Origin: an uncultured Hormoscilla sp.
Lineage (GTDB): Bacteria > Cyanobacteriota > Cyanobacteriia > Cyanobacteriales > Desertifilaceae
DNA: 64,000 nucleotides
Assembly: GCA_963921275.4 (NCBI GenBank)
Contig: OZ001293.3
Location: 5,792,001 to 5,856,000, forward strand
Direction: 5' to 3'
The position numbers were made by a program, and so were the translations under genes. Shown in pieces: positions 62,939-64,000 of this stretch. How positions within the stretch are numbered: position 1 is the stretch's first letter; each line of letters begins with the position of its first letter. The notes under the pieces were generated by a model. The model did no database searches. It was not told where the DNA came from and saw nothing but the letters and a program-made list of their open reading frames with translations.

Positions 62939-64000
62939 ATGCCTGACACAATTACAGATGCTAAAGATTTGTTATCTGACCTGATAGAACGCTACGACTC
63001 AAGCGTGGACTATCTGGCTATTCGCCTGGAAGCCTCAAATGGACTGATATCCTGTTGCGAAAAGACAAAATTGACACCCTCAGCGAAGGAATTTCCATTG
63101 GCGGACAGGTGCGGGCCTGCTATAAAAAAGGCTGGGGCATGAGCAGCTTTAACCGCCTAGAGGGCTTGGCGGACAGGATCCAAGAGGCGATCGCCGCTGC
63201 CCGGTTGGTGGGGGATGGCGAAACTCTCTTGGCCCCGGTTGACCCGATACAGGATACCGTAACCTTGCCCCTGACAGGCACGGACCCCCTTTACATTCCC
63301 ATCGCAGAGAAAAAACAACTGTGCGATCGCTACGCCGAGATCCTGCGCAGCACTGACCCCCGCATAGCCAGTATATCAGTCCGCTACGGCGACTGCAAGC
63401 AACGGATCGTACTTGCGACCTCAGAAGGAACTCTGCTAGAACAATCCTGGACAGACATGGAAATGCGGTTTGCTGCCACCGCCCGCAGTGGTGCCACGGT
63501 GCAGACAGGCAGGGAAACTATAGGTTCTCGCAGCGCTTACGAAGACCTGACCGGGCTGGATGTTCAAGTCAGAACTGCTGCCCAACGTGCCTCCGATGCC
63601 TTAAACTTACCCTCAGTCAAAGGCAACAGTTATACTGTAGTAATTGACCCCATTCTCAGCGGTTTATTTGTCCATGAAGCCTTTGGTCATCTTTCCGAAG
63701 CAGATATGGTCTATGAAAATCCCGACTTGCTGGAAGTGATGACCCTCGGGCGTCGTTTTGGACCGACTGAGTTACAAATATTTGACGGTGCTATCCCCAC
63801 TGGACATCGCGGTAGCTACTTATATGACGATGAAGGCACCCCCGCTACCACTACCCAGTTAATTAAAGATGGAGTGTTAGTAGGCAGGCTGCATTCTCGC
63901 GAGACCGCTGGTAAATTGGGAGAAAATCCTACAGGAAATGCTCGCTGTTTGAACTATCATTATCCCCCGATCGTGCGGATGACCAATACTTGGATTGCCC
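62939..64000 (+). pseudogene. tldD: TldD-family metalloprotease, frameshifted near 63040, running off the window
   Basis: YLAIRLE, then a shifted frame TDILLR..KIDTLSEG...GWG; HEAFGHLSEAD; YDDEGTP; RMTNT. The frameshift may be a sequencing error. Confidence 0.75.

Overview
This 64 kb window is cyanobacterial chromosome. HIP1 octamers (GCGATCGC) are dense, and the gene set (nblS, xisH/xisI, Uma2, hik34-like) suggests a filamentous Oscillatoriales-type organism. Core genes (rseP, serS, peptide ABC transporter, nblS, purD, pbpC, rnhB, alpha-2-macroglobulin, sbcD, tldD) alternate with eroded accessory blocks. These blocks include a decayed PKS-ACP-AfsA/FAD-oxidoreductase locus, IS982/IS702/ISKra4-like elements, many MITEs, GTAG-type REPs, four toxin-antitoxin clusters and an orphan hsdS pair. 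Nonsense and frameshift pseudogenes are numerous, which suggests genome erosion, possibly in a host-associated lineage (inference). Main highlights: (1) an ORF-less group II intron (50616-51450) splits alpha-2-macroglobulin; both reading frame and a hand-derived gamma pairing point to a shifted ...GACU 3' end, and splicing would give a 1910-aa protein. (2) An ~11.6 kb insert between the peptide ABC binding-protein and permease genes carries two intact membrane-anchored caspase-like proteins: caspase-alpha/beta-hydrolase with recurrent TR[D/S/G] motifs, and caspase-STAND-TM-14xWD40. (3) A pseudogenised kinase-FGE/CLec gene looks like a remote DGR target. (4) Tiny 24-45 bp elements sit in frame inside genes, one with an uninserted paralogue in the window as control. 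(5) NblS carries a four-Cys insertion. (6) A MITE is nested in its own autonomous IS982. All calls come from reading the sequence by eye; no database searches or folding programs were run.
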